A DNA stretch of 64,000 bases from the NCBI RefSeq assembly GCF_018977255.1, contig NW_024704743.1, positions 31,746,001 through 31,810,000 of the forward strand, written 5' to 3'. A program made the position numbers and the translations under genes. Origin of the DNA: Callorhinchus milii. Its lineage: Eukaryota. Of this stretch, positions 11,899-25,371 are shown piece after piece (position 1 is the stretch's first letter; every line of letters starts with the position of its first letter). Below the pieces are notes generated by a model. It searched no databases. It saw only the letters and a program-made list of their open reading frames with translations, and was not told where the DNA came from.

Positions 11899-12225
11899 GG
11901 AGTCCTGTAGTTTAGTGGTTAGAGCACTTGTCTCGGAAGCAAGAGGACCTGGGTTCAATTCCCACGCAGGGTAAAACGTTCAGCAATTTTCCTTACTCCT
12001 CTGTTTACCTAGCAGTAAGTAGGAACCCAGTTGTTAGTCAATTGGCAGATCTCTTTTCCAGGGTTAATAAACCCTTCAAAGAACAAAAAATGTGGTCATT
12101 CAATCCACAACTGTTCATGGGACACTGCTGTGCGCAATTGGCTGCTGGGTTTCGCTCATAAAATATACAGTCAATTCACTTTGCAGTATATTCTGTGAAG
12201 CACTTTGAGACGTTTTCTTATTATT
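11899..12225 (+). mobile_element. tRNA-derived SINE, long subfamily
   Basis: ggagtcctgtag head plus the tctgtttacctagcagtaagtaggaaccc module and tail. Confidence 0.9.
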
Positions 12226-13134
12226 AGGATTTTATAACGAGAAGCCACAGAACTTAGACAATATAACTCTAGTATAACCAAAATTGAGAGGAATCCAGAT
12301 CACTATTTGGAGATGTTGAGATGAGGATAGAATTGACTTTGGTTGTGATGAACTCTGTGGATAAACAGCCTGTCAATACTCACTGCCACATGACTAACTA
12401 CAACTTGGGCAAAGATGACCAACACCTGTAGAATCGTACTCCAATAGAAAGAAAAGGCTGTCAGAGCTTCTAGACGCTATCCTGTGAGAAGGGCACTATG
12501 TAGATGCAAGTCGTTGCGGTCTAAAACATGTTCAAGTGAGGAGGAAGGGAGAAAAAATGATGAGAAAACAATGGATGGAATTAAAAAATACCTGTAATGA
12601 AAACTTGGAGCACTGCATATCAATCCGATCTTTACCGTAATACTCCCAATTGAAAATACCTTTATCTAACATATTCTTTATTGCTACAATATGTAATGGC
12701 TGATTAATTAACAATGGTTGTTGCCAGACGAATAAAAGATAAACTTCCAAAGGCAGTGGCTTTCAGTTTGTGCAGGTGCTATTCTGTGTGAGATTTGATT
12801 ATATTCTTAAATAATATGTAGTCAAACATTGCCACAATCAAAACTAAATCACCGCTTATTCACAACAAGAAAATCAGGAGAAATCTGATAACATTTGATA
12901 CTTGGAAGTATATATATATCACCCTATTTTGTTTTAAGTGTTGGCAGACCCTTTCCCTTCTGGCATTGGTAACTTAGTGTAAGGAAATTAGTATGACTTC
13001 AAAGTATATTTAAAGTTTGAAACAAGCTCTAGGAATATTTATTTCCATGTCTTGTCATGTTACTTAAAATACAGTTACAGATCACACAGAAGAATTTTTA
13101 TTTTAATGAGTTTGAAGATACCTCCAACAATGGC

Positions 13135-13550
13135 CAATGCCAACAATAAATTGCATTTATATAGCGCCTTTCGCATTGGAAGAACGATCCAAGGTACTGG
13201 ATAGTCAAGGGCTTGTACCCAAGCTGGGGTTTGGAGTCATGAGAGGTGAAGTGCAAGGGGGGGTGGAGGTGGGAGGATGACTGAAGGAGGAAGGAACAAT
13301 CCCCCAAATAAAACTGGTCATTCAAGTTCATGGCTATGTGTGGGACATAACTGTGCACAAAATTGAGGCCGTCTCAAAGTCCTTCACAGGATATACTGTA
13401 AAGTGTCGTGACTGTATATTTTGTGGACAAATGTGGCAGCTCATTTGCACAAAGCAGTGTCCCACAAATACCCATGGAGTGAATGACCAAATTTATCTGG
13501 CGGATTTTTGGCCAGGACACCGGGAGAAACTCCCTTCTCTAAATGTGAAC
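13135..13550. mobile_element. Cluster of old fragments: L2 3' end (-), SINE piece (+), SINE 3' half (-)
   Basis: caacaataaattgcatttatatagcgcctttc; aatcccccaaataaaactggtcattc; gcagtgtcccacaaa..ggccaggacaccgggagaaactcc. Confidence 0.7.
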
Positions 13551-14312
13551 TGACTGTTCACCTTCCTCTTCTGAGCTTTATCTGTGCTGGAGCGCGATTT
13601 CGGTAGAAGCAAGCTTAATTTCCAAGCTATTCGTTTTCAGATTGCATTAGCAAGAAGAAACTATGATCGCTGGTCTGCTTCACACATTTTACGCATGTAC
13701 TTTTTATGCTCATTTGCGGTTATGTAAACCACCATTCTTAATAACCCAGTAACATCTGGGATGAAAGTCCATGCACACAACACAGCTGGTATGTTCAGGA
13801 TTATTCATCCTTTCAATTTTAAGTGTGAGAAATATATTTTTATACGAAAACAATAAAAATGCATTCCATTCACTACTGAGAAAAAAACTAACGTATTTTT
13901 TGGAACAATTATATATTTTTGTAAATGGAATGCCATGACTTTGCGTCTGGTCAATGTATCAACTCTCCGAATGTGTTAGTACGGATACCATTTGACTCAG
14001 AAACGTCCCAAACACATGTCGAAGTGTAACTTAATCTAAGCACCCTGTACAAGCTCCAAATATTCAATTGAAATCTTCAGTCTTGCTGTTTTAAAAGCTT
14101 TGCTTGTCGCAGGATTCAGCACAAAAGTTGGTTTATAAAGATGTGGAAACATATTAAATTTCATCCATTTATTTACGGTTTCAAGTCATTTCGATACCAT
14201 GTACTTACTCAGAATGATTGGCATGAAATGAAAAATGTGTACCTGAAGAACTTTATGGTGTTCCTTAACACATTCTTTATGGTAAATAGCAAGGGGCATT
14301 GGCCATTCACTC

Positions 14313-17300
14313 AGTCCTGTAGCTCAGTGGTTAGAGCACTCGCCGCGCAAGCCAGAGACCTGGGTTGTATTCCCAGCAGGGCAAAACATTGGGCAACTTT
14401 GCTTACTTCACACGCCTCTGTTTACCTAGCAGTAAGTAAGCAACCCGGTTGTTAGTAGATGAACGGATCACTTTTCTGGGGATAATAATCTCTCAAAAAA
14501 AAAATAATAATTTGGTCACTCGGTCCACAACTGTTTGTGGGACACTGCTGTGTGCAACTGGCTGCCGTGTTTTGCCCACATATATACAACAACAACAACA
14601 AGATTCCATTTATAAAGCGCCTTTCACGTCAGGAGGACGTCCCAAGGCGCTGCACAGTTGGGTCATGACCCGAGCAGGGGAAATGGTCAGGGTGAGGGGA
14701 GGGAAGGGAGGGAGCGAGGAGGGGGAAGAGAGTCGAGAGGGGAGCTGAAGGCACGGTCAAAGAGAAAGGTTTTGAGACCGGCCTTGAAGGAGGAAAGGGA
14801 GGAAGCGGCGAAGGCACTGGGGGATGGAGTTCCAGAGCCTGGGGCTGAGAGGCTGAAGGCCCGACCACCGATGGTAGGGCGGTTGGGGCGGGGGACGTGG
14901 AGCAGACCGGAGCCAGAGGAACGGAGGGTACGGGCAGGTAGGTAGGGGGATAGTAGGTTGGAGAGGTAGGAGGGAGCAAGGCCGTGAATGGCCTTGTAGG
15001 TGAGGATGAGGATCTTGAAATCAATCCTCTGGGGGATGGGGAGCCAGTGGAGGCGAGCGAGGGTGGGAGTGATGTGGTCGCGAAGCCTGGTGCGGGACAG
15101 TACACGAGCTGCAGAGTTCTGAATGACCTGCAGCTTGTGGAGGGAGGTGGCGGGAAGGCCGGCGAGGAGAGAGTTCCCATAGTCCAGCCTTGAGGTGACA
15201 AAGGCGTGGACCAGGGTTTCAGCAGCGTGAGGGGTGAGGTAGTGCCGTAGTCTGGCGATGTTCCGGAGGTGATGGAAGGCGGTGCCAGTTGTGGTGCGGA
15301 TGTGAGGGAGAAAGGACAGCTCAGGGTCGAACAAAACGCCGAGGTTCCTGACTGGCTTTGAGAGGTGGAGAGTGCAGCCTTGGATGCTGATGGTGTCAGC
15401 GCCTGAGGTGCGGAGGCGCTGACGTGAGCCAATCAGGAGGGCCTCGGTTTTTCGCACGTTGAGCTGAAGAAAGTTGTCTCTCGTCCAGGACTCGATGTCG
15501 GACAGGCAGGCTGTCAGGACATCGGTGGTCGTGGAGTTGAGAGTAGAGGAGGAAAGGTAGAGTTGGGTGTCATCCGCATACATGTGGAAGTTAACTCCAT
15601 GTCTGCGGATGATGTCACCGAGGGGGAGCATATAGAGGGTGAAGAGGAGGGGACCGAGGACAGAGCCCTGAGGGACACCACATGAGACAGTACGGGGGGT
15701 GGAGGAGAAGCCATTCGTCGAGACAAAGTGAAGACGGTGAGAAAGGTACGACCTAAACCATTCAAGGACAGTGCCTTGAAGGTTGAGGTGGGAGGACAAG
15801 CGGTGGAGTAGGATAGCGTGGTCGACCGTATCGAATGCTGCCGATAGGTCGAGGAGGACGAGGAGACAGAGGGAGCCCTGGTCACAGATGGTCAGGATAT
15901 CATTGGTGACCTTGACCAGGGCAGTTTCTGTGCTATGGCAGCACGGAAACCTGACTGAAGGGGTTCGAAAAGAGAATGGGTGGAAAGGAAAGAGCGCAGT
16001 TGGGAGGCGACAACTCTTTCCAAGACCTTGGAGAGAAAGGGGAGGTTGGAGATGGGCCGGTAGCTTGATAGCTGCGACGCATCAAGGGAGGGTTTTTTCA
16101 GGGTGGGCGTGATGATGGCAGTTTTTAATGGAATGGGGACAGAGCCAGAGGAGAGGGACAGGTTGATGATGTCAGTGATATGTGGGGCAAGAAAGTGGAG
16201 CTGGGAGATAAGGAGTGGAGTGGGGATGGGGTCAAGGGAGCAGGTGGTTGGTTTTAGGGATAGGATGAGTTCAGTGACAGAGGGTGGGGAAACGGGTACG
16301 AAGGTGTGTAGGGGAGGATGGGTAGGAGTCGGAGTGTGGGAGGGAAGGGGTGGGTGGTGGGTGGAAGTTGGAGGGGAAGTGACCGCGGAGCGGATTCCCT
16401 TGATCTTGGATTCAAGGAAATCCAGCATCTCCTCGCAGTGAAGGTTGGAGGAGATGACCTGCGCGGGGTGGCGGGGGGGACGGAGGAGTCGGGATGTGGT
16501 GGAAAACAGTAGCCTGGGGTTGTTCTTCGCCTCCAGGATTATCCTGGAGTAGAAGGACGACTTGGCCGAGGCTAGAGTGGAGCGGTAAATTTTGAGGAGG
16601 TCCAGCCAGATTTGTCGGTGGACCGTTAGGCCAGATTTGACACAGGTGCGTTCAGCAGCCCGCACCTGGCTTTTCAGTGAGCGGAGGTGGGTGGTGTACC
16701 AGGGGGAGGAGCGGGAGTAGGAGACAGTGCGGGAAGTGATGGGGGCAAGAGTATCGAGTGTGGAGGAGAGGGTATTGTGGAGGAGGGAGAGAGGAGAAGA
16801 GGGGTCGGTGAGGGTTGAAGGCCAGAGGGAGAGGAGTTCAGAGGACTCCAAGGCATCGGTTAGGGATTGTGGGGGTAACTTCTTCCAAGGGCGGTAGAAG
16901 ATGGTGGTGGGTCTGGTGGAGGTGGGGAGGGGGTGGAGGTGGTGAAGGAGATGAAGTAGTGGTCAGAGATGGCCTTGTCGGTAATAGTGACATCCGAGAC
17001 ACTGAGGCCCCGGGTGATCACCAAATCGAGTGGGTGGCCGTGACTGTGAGTGGGGGAGTTTATGTGTAAGGAGAGGTTGAGTGAGGAGAGCAGGGAAGAG
17101 AAGTCTGTGGAGATGGAGCAGGAGGGGTGAAGTGTAGGTTAAAGTCGCCCAGGATGATGAGGCGATCAGAGCAGAGGCAAAGAGATGTGAGGAGTGTTGA
17201 AATGTCAGAGATGAAGGTGGGAGAGGTTTTAGGGGGCCGGTAGAGGAGGAGGATTTTAAGGGAGAGGAATGAGGGGTGGGAGAGGGTGAGGTGCTCAAAG

Positions 17301-17546
17301 GAGGGGAAAGAGCCAGTGGAGTAGGGGGATAGGGCAAGTGGTGTCCTTGAGATAAGGGCAACACCACCGCCACGGCGGTTGGGGCGGGGGATGTGGTGGG
17401 AGGTGTAGCCGGGTGGCGTGGCCTCCGTGAGGGGGTCAATTCACAGTCAATTCACTTCACAGTATATTCTGTGAAGCGCTTTGAGACGTCTAGAAGACGT
17501 TAAAAGCGCTATGTCAAGTGCAAGGATTATTATTATTATTATTATT
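14313..17546 (+). mobile_element. tRNA-derived SINE (long subfamily) split by an L2: 14313-14586 and about 17443-17546
   Basis: Head and body end at cccacatatataca; the sequence resumes with acagtcaattcacttcacag..(TTA)n after the L2. Confidence 0.92.
14587..17437 (-). mobile_element. Young L2 LINE, 2.85 kb, truncated inside the APE endonuclease; RT complete but frameshifted
   Basis: Translation gives PPGY..RRGGGVALI, LLYRPP, ILGDFNLH, PTHSHGHPLDLVI, AISDH (APE); [49 protein letters not shown] (RT and C-terminus); (TTG)n tail. Confidence 0.97.
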
Positions 17547-17620
17547 AGCATATTACTGAGGGAAGTCTCCTCACTGACCACAGTAGTGGGCATGATGCTC
17601 ATGGCTGTCTGGTTCATAAC

Positions 17621-17699
17621 AACATAAGAATTTGCTGGGCTAAAGAAGATCAAGGTCTATCCAGTTCGCCTTCCACCATCCTGGCAGTCGCTTGACATG
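17621..17699 (-). mobile_element. Short LINE 3' end (CR1-like, distinct subfamily)
   Basis: Reverse complement of 28691-28780; ends in a ttcttatg-type tail. Confidence 0.6.
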
Positions 17700-17799
17700 T
17701 TGGGTCCCAAACTATATATTGTATTCAGAGACCAGAAGCAGTGCTCTCATTACTGATCAACATGAAAAGTTAGGCAAGGAACACATTTGCATTCTTCCT

Positions 17800-18540
17800 T
17801 ATTTATTTGCACTGATTGGTGAGTCAGTAACTAAAAGGCAATTCCCAAAGAGCAAAGGGAGAGTTTTATTTCAATTTTGCCTCACACAGAGTGTTGTTAG
17901 AACATGGAAGGCATTACCTAGAATAGAAGTAGAGGCAGAATCCATAAGCTTTTCATTGGATTTGAAATAAGTACCTGAAAAGGAGGAATATAAAATGTAA
18001 TGGCATGAGAATGGGACAAAACAACAGCAACAACATTTATATAGCTCCTTTCACATCGGGAGGATGTCCCAAGATGCTGGAAAGTGAAGAGTTTGCAACC
18101 GAGCGAGGAGTTGGAATCAGGAGAGGGGGTGGCGGTGGTGGATGCGCGGTAAAAACCAAGGTCTTGAGTTGGATGTTGAGGGAGACAAGGGAGGGGGTGA
18201 GATGGAGGAGCTCCAGGATGGAGATCCATAAGGTGGTGGCAGAAAGCCTGAAGGCCCAACCACAAATGGTGCGGCGGGCAGGGCAGGGGAGAAAACATAA
18301 AGCAGGTAAATGGCCACTGAGTGGAGGGAGCAGGCAGGTTGAAAGGCAGGTTGGTAACATTTTAGTTGGTCACTGAGGTAGAGAGGAGCAAGACCGCAGA
18401 GGGCTTTAAAAGTGAAGACGAGGATCTTGAACTCATATCTTGAAATCTTGAAAACAGGTAGCTCTTCCAGAGAGCCAGCACAGGCACAATGGGCCAAATG
18501 GCCTCCTTTGTGCTGTAAGTTTCTCTGGTTCTGTGACATT
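17800..18540 (+). mobile_element. Old CR1 3' fragment interrupted by an L2 at about 18020-18455
   Basis: cacacagagtgttgttagaacatggaaggcattacc before the L2; gggccaaatggcctcctttgtgctgt after it. Confidence 0.65.
18020..18455 (-). mobile_element. Older L2 3' fragment
   Basis: ORF 18117..18539 contains EFKILVFTFKALCGLAPLYLSD; tail acaacagcaacaacatttatatagctcctttcacatc. Confidence 0.85.
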
Positions 18541-18832
18541 TCTGAGAAAAGGAAAATTGCTCACGACTAAGTCCAGCCTATTTCCCGGCATTGGGTAAGG
18601 TTCACCCCCTTTGTATTTACAAGGTCTTAAAGTTCTGTTTACATCCTACTCAACAACAACAACAACAACAACCAACTAAGAGCTAATTTTCTCCAACAAT
18701 CTGCACAATGATTTTCTAATTTAAGAAGTCAGGAAAAGCCAGCAGTCTGACTCAATACAACTTTGGTTGCTTTGCTGAGGTTAGCCTAGGGGCTGCCTTT
18801 CTTGAAGTGCAGAATTCCATCTTGTACAAGAA

Positions 18833-18951
18833 ATTCGCCCACAAAATTACAGTCAATTCAATTGACAATATATTCTGTGAAGCTCTTTGAGAACGTCTTG
18901 AAGACATGATAAAGTGCAATGTCAAATGCAAGGATTATTCTTATTATTATT
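18833..18951 (+). mobile_element. SINE 3' tail fragment
   Basis: ttcgcccacaaaattacagtcaattca..aaatgcaaggattatt. Confidence 0.85.
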
Positions 18952-20068
18952 AAGCTCAAGGCAGTCTGATAAAGGATAGGACCCAAGCCTTAGCCTTTGC
19001 TTGCTGAACTTGACAGCTATTTCTGGCGTGGATAACAGCTGGATGACCATAGAGGTCAACTGAAGTGAAAGAGCCTATAAGAATTGCAAATAAGCTGTTT
19101 TTTGTCCCAATTGTATGTGAAATATGCGTATTAGAAATTAATCCATGCAGTGGTATTCATATAACTGCACAGGCCCTGGCAATTAGATACAGGAGTTGCA
19201 TACTCAAAATTGATATTAAGAATGATGTGATTTTTACAAAAATAAACCCATCTTTCAAACTGTATTCCATAGGGAGTGTGAAATCTGACTCATAGAACAA
19301 ACTCATGTCCAACTAGGACTGTGAGTTGGGATCTGGCAGACACAAGGCAGTAGGAATAAAATAATATTTATTTCCTTTGTCTCTGGTTTTAAGATTCAGA
19401 TTATGTTAAATAGTGTTGGAAGCTGATCAGTTTTGATACACATACTGAATTTAACAGATATATCATTTTTATTTTGAATATAAGCAGCCAAATTATTTAG
19501 CGCAGTTAGTAATTTGTTGACGTTTACCACTGTAGTGTTTAAGAAGGAGATAGATAGATAGATACATATTTGGGAAGCAAGAGTCAGAGAAATGGAATCA
19601 GAAAGATAAAGAGCTGCCACAAACTAATGAAATGGCAGAACAGGCCTGATGGACCAATTATTGACCGTCCATTCCTTCTAAAACAACTTACCCAAATTAC
19701 TTTTGATATGTTATTTTAGCTAAATCCACTGTGTTTGGTATATTATGTTGCTTGTTTAACCTCCAAAAATCACAAAGTATTCACGTACATTTTTCAGCAG
19801 TCAAACTATGCCTCACTCTTCCTCGCACGTGGAAGATTGCCCAATGCCTGCCAACTCCTTTGGAGATGACTGGAGCTAATCAATGCCATATAACCAGAGT
19901 GTTGTTATTAAACCCAAGGAGCTTTAGGTTCAGAAGGTTGGTTTTTCAAGAAGGTTTCTGGGCTAGTTCAAGTCTACATGGCACACCATTTGGAATAAAT
20001 ACATCAATACATTGTAAAGTTGAACAACTCTTGGCATTCTGAGCATTTCAACAATGAGCAATCTTCTT

Positions 20069-20385
20069 TAATAATAATAATAATCCTTGCATTTGATATA
20101 GCGCTTTTCACGTCGGGAGGACGTCCCAAAGCGCTTCACAGAACACACTGTAAAGTGAATTGACTATATTTGTGGGCGAACGCGGCAACCAATTGCGCAC
20201 AGCAATATCCCACAAACAGTCGTAGATTGAAAATGACCAATTTTATTATTGTTTTGGTTTTGGAGGGATTATTATTAGGCGTGTGCAGTAAGGAAACTTG
20301 CCCAAGGTTTCGCCCTCTGCCTGGAATTGAACTCAGGTCTCTCGCTTGCAAAGCGAGTGCTCTAACCTCTGAGCTACAGGACTCC
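20069..20385 (-). mobile_element. Full-length tRNA-derived SINE, short subfamily
   Basis: Near-exact reverse complement of 7945-8277. Confidence 0.95.
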
Positions 20386-22854
20386 AAGCAACAAGCAGAT
20401 CATTTCAAGTAAATGATGGAAACAGGCATTGATAACTATATTCGTAGCTGTAGGCAGGTGTCAGTGTCAATGTAGCTCTGGAAATTGCCAGGGGCAGGTT
20501 GCTTGGCATGTTACCTGACTAGGCTGCCTGAAGCCTCAATTTGTCTGCACCAGAACATCCTGTTCCATTCATTTCAAGGATATGGCCAATCTCCTAACTT
20601 CTCAGAGAATCTGGAGCCAAACTCATATAAAATGATATAGGAAAAAAGCAGGGAATTGGCATTGGAGCAGGTCTAGGTTCCACGTTCTGTGTGGCCTCCT
20701 CAGAGCCTGCATTTCTACAATTCAATGATTCTAAGTAACCTCCGTGCACTAAGAAGAGAGGAAGGCACTACATTCATGTGCAGTTCGGAAATTCCTTTCA
20801 TGGTACACTTTTCACTTAGCAACTTGAAAAAATATTAGGGTTTGTCTGTCAGTTAGACTCAGAGACTGTAATTGAAGAAATCCTTCCAAACCGTTACTTT
20901 TTTCTCTGCCTGGGCTCATTGTTAGTTTCTTTTTCCCTGATGAGCATTTCCTGTTGACTGACTGTTTTGAGCAGCTAACGCTGCTGGCAAATAAGTTTAT
21001 TTAATGTCTGGCAGAACAAAATCCAACCTCAACTCACGCTGAATAGTTTTGTTGTTTATGAGTGGAATTTGTCATTGAAAATTGTAAATGAGTGTAGTTT
21101 CTCTCGTTCTACTCCTTTCCTTATTTTCGTTTAAACCTGATTTTTACCGTTTTACCAGAGCTGAGTGGAAACTCAGACCAGACAATAGGTGCACCTACTT
21201 GCAGCTGAAAATGTGCTATGGCCAGCACTAACTGGCTCAAACCTCCAGTTTATTGGATAATATAGAGCCATGTTTCCATCGGATTCCTAATTCCAATTGC
21301 TGTCAATAAGTAACCGGGAGGCATACAGACTACTGTAGTTGACAAGACAAATTGGCAATACTACTAACCCAGGACATCATTTTCCTCTCATTATTTCTCA
21401 TGCTAGTGTAAGTAGTAATAGACCAAAATAACAGCCTTACATCCAGACTACTCCAACAATTACTATGGTCTGGAGTCTAAGCGGATTATTCTGCTACATA
21501 CACTCCAGTCATTATAAGTCATTGATGTGGGTTAAATGCTATTCTGCTCCGTTTGAAAAGTTTAACAAAACTGTTAGAAATAAATGAAATACACTTTTTA
21601 AGTGATAAATAACATGACATTCTAAATTCAATTATACTTTGAAATCGATGCTACATTCCTTTGCGAGAAAATACAGAAAATGTTGTCACACTTAATCACA
21701 ATAGATCAGACTATTCTTAAACCATATGAAACCCTTTCACCATATGGGATGCATGGAGCAAAATTAAGCCCTCAATCTTCAACCAAACAATAGAATCAAA
21801 ATAGCACCATTAGCAAACACATGAAGAGAAGAGGCTTGAAGAAGTTCCCTAACAGTAGTACCCAAACCCATTTGAAAATGTTGCCAGCTGCTATATTAGA
21901 TTTACACTTGGCGAAGCCACTGTTTTTGAAGTGGGAGTAACATTCCAGATGCCACTCTAGGAGATGTTGATTTAGTTAGGTTGTTATTCTGAAAAGAGTC
22001 ATTGAAAGGACATAACCCGACAACCCAAATTGCAATGGTGGCTACTAACAAACTTCAACAATCTCACCAGTGCCATGTGTAGTCAGTGGCCACTGTCTCT
22101 GCTGGCAGCACTTGCCTGAGTTGCTGTTCGTTGCTTGAACAGGCATGGGATGCCGAAGAATAAACCTGCAGGCCACAAATATGGATCTCGCTGATGCTCT
22201 GTTTAACAAGCTGCAAAGTAAAATGTCAATACCCCCCTCCCTTGATATAACACTAATAGCATACTGTACAAAATTACCATCTGTTCATACATATTTCTTT
22301 ACTGACGGCCAAAGAAAATGACTGTCATGGTGAGTAAAGTTCACTGGGAAGACAATCTTATTCCAAGTGCAAAATGTGAAGGATAGTTTAAAAACTGAGT
22401 GTTAAATAAGCAGGGGGATTCCCTGCCATTGGATTAAATGTATGTCTGATTAGTTGCAATTGGGGGAAAATCAGAGTTTTGTCGTAACAAATGCATTAAG
22501 ACTGCAATTTTCCATCCCTTTGTGCTAGTGTTGGATGAATTTTCCGATAGCCTTGTTTAAAATAGCTGTCACAGAAGCTAATTAATAAAGGATGCCAAGT
22601 TGGAAGAACTAGGATTTTCCTCTGTTTTGAAATTTGGGGGCAATTACTTTGGCCTGAGTGCGTAGAGAGGGCCTAATTTTCAATATTCACCAGCCAATTC
22701 TATTGCATCAATTATAATAACGTGGCTTTCACAAGCTGTGTTTTGCGACCTGGAATGTCCATGGGGACTTTGAACATGGGCATTGGTATCAATTGACATC
22801 ACTGACTGCATTCATTAAAATTTGATTAATATCACTGGTAATAATTCACACACC

Positions 22855-23190
22855 ACAAGATCACAAGATTGGTTTGAATGCAAAAATCCCTTTGGTCCAT
22901 TTGATCTCATCCCTCCAGAATACTCACCCTACCATCCTTCCTCCACGGCATCAAACTGCATTTTCATTGTCTTAGCCTCAACCACACATCCCAGCAACTT
23001 GTTCCAGTCACTAATTACTCTCTGAATGTAGAATTACATAGTTTGTCACAGTGCGGAAGCAGGCCATTCGGCCCTACTGGTCCCACAGACTTTATACTCC
23101 CATGAAACTCCTCCCTGCCTAATCTCTTTCCCGTACCTCTCTATTCCCTTTCTCTCTCGTATGCATCAACTTTCCTCTTAAATATGTTGG
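22855..23190 (-). mobile_element. Two old CR1 3'-end fragments
   Basis: ctcatccctccagaatactcaccc..ttccagtcacta (as at 50900) and gcaggccattcggccc. Confidence 0.6.
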
Positions 23191-23639
23191 TGCATTTGTT
23201 TCAACGCATCACACGTCACAATTTTCACACATTTACTTCAGTGAGATTGAGGGCCTACCATTTGCCAATTTCTAAAAATAGTAATTATTTTTCATTACCA
23301 TTTCCCATATATACATATGGATTTGACATATAAATAAGCAATGGAAACGGAGACCTCTTCAAGTAACCAGAAGCATATCACATTAAGAATCTGTCAGAGG
23401 GAGTTCTTGTCGATCAGAAAGGCTTTCTCTTAGCAGAAGTGATTATTATCACTTGTTCCCACTTGTGATTTGTAGCCCTAACTGTGAAGCACTTTGAGAT
23501 GTCCTCCCAACATGAAAAGTGCATAAAATGTTTAAGGAGTATTAGTGTGAGGAGGAAAAATCTGTTCTGCTGTCCTTAGGGAAGGGGGAGGGGAATTGAA
23601 ATTTCACTTTTACTCCAATTTCACTCCAATTTTTAGGAT

Positions 23640-24390
23640 TTGATGTTAATTGTTAAAGAAATTCTGACACTGTTCAAAAAGAAAAGAGTGTTTCTCCTGG
23701 TGTCCTAGCCAACAATCCCCCAGATAAATTGGGCATTGACTTCCTGGATTTTCAGGTGATATTGCTGTGCGCAAATTGGCAAATGTGTTTGCCTAGAAAT
23801 AATAATAATAATCCTTGCAGTTAATATAGTGCCTTGACGTCTCAAAGCGCTGCACAGAAATTATTGTAAAGTGGAGTGACTGTATATTTTGTGAACAAAA
23901 CGCGGCTGCCAACCAATTGCACACAGCAGTTTCCCATAAACAGTCATGGAATGAAGTGACCCAATTTTTGGGAGGAGGTTTTTGACAGTCACGACACTTT
24001 ATAATAATAATCCTTGCATTTGATATAGGGCCTTATCACGTCATTGAAATATCCCAAAATGCTTCACAGAGTATACTGTAAAATGAATTGACTGTATATT
24101 TTGTGGGCGAAATGCGGTAGCTAATTGCGCACAGAAGTGTCCCACAAATAGTTGTGGATTGAGTGACAACAATTTTTTTAGGGATTATTATCCACCGAAA
24201 AAGTGATCCGCCAATCGATTAACAACCAGGTTCCTGCTTACTTCTAGGTAAACACAGACGTGTGAAGTTGCCCAATGATTCGCCCTGCCTGGGAATCGCA
24301 TGCTGTACTTTACAATAATTTCTGTGAAGCGCTTTGAAACGGTTTGACATTATTGGTGCAACATCAAACGGAAGGATAATTATTATTATC
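23640..24390 (+). mobile_element. Deu-type SINE host carrying two nested antisense SINEs (about 23798-23980 and 24001-24300)
   Basis: Host reads ..gtgtttgcctagaaat | insert 1 | acagtcacgacacttt | insert 2 | actttacaataatttctgtgaagcgc..ggataattatt. Confidence 0.82.
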
Positions 24391-25371
24391 ATAAATGATA
24401 AAAATTCTATTGGATGTGCCACTCCATGCTTCACAGCATGGAAGGCCAGCTAGCAGCAGTCCACATAAAACAATTACTGCAACAAATCCACTTGACAAAT
24501 ATATTGTGCAAAAACTGCTCATTTTTTTAAAAATCGGTTGATAAATTTCTAGCCTGTTACAGCATTATAGACTATAAACACTGAGATTGGAGAATAGAAA
24601 CTAATTTGATCCATACCTATATTAAAATGTTTTATTTTGCCACAGGAATGGCATTACAGCGGCAGAACCATCAAATTGATCTCTAACCGACACGTAAGCG
24701 AAATGCAAGAGGATAGAGCAGTCAAGCAGCCTAACCTCACACTACTGCACTCATGTGCTTCAATTAGTGCTCAAATGGAAAAAAGGTTCGCTCTCGACCA
24801 CAGCCATCTTTCATCTTAATGAGCATACACACTCTCGAACTGCCACAATAAAGGGAATAGAATAATGCAATTTGTACTCCTTGGGAGCTTAATTCGAGGA
24901 ACAGTATTGCAGCCTTAAATCTGCTAGGCAGAGTTAGCATGAAATCTCAGCAGAATTTGACAGCAACTACAGATTCACGTTCTGTGCAACTATAACTCAC
25001 TGCTGAGTTATGGTCATGCCTCTGTCAATAAACGTCAGATTCACTCATAAGTGCTTTCAATAAGTAAAAAATACTGAGATCCATTAAAATGTATTGTTAA
25101 TGATGTTCGACTGTAGCTTGGCTGGCTAGTGTCTGATATAATTGCAAACTCTCCCCTCCCCAACACACACACACTACACTATCAGTCACCATTAGAAAGC
25201 TATCGCAATCCAAACTTAGAAGCCGATGTTTTCTAGAATCAGTGGCACTCCATCATTGTCATTGTCAACCTGTTGACGTTTACATGACTTCCTGAGAGTC
25301 ATGTATAATACATTAGAAAATCAAAAATATAAAATATATATTGAATGGTTTGACATCTAGATAAGAAACAA

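Noticed and set aside
14687..15799. RT ORF as a domesticated gene, retron or other novel RT system
   Set aside because: It is an ordinary L2 ORF2 with L2 3'UTR and tail, 5'-truncated, nested in a SINE, with near-identical dispersed copies.
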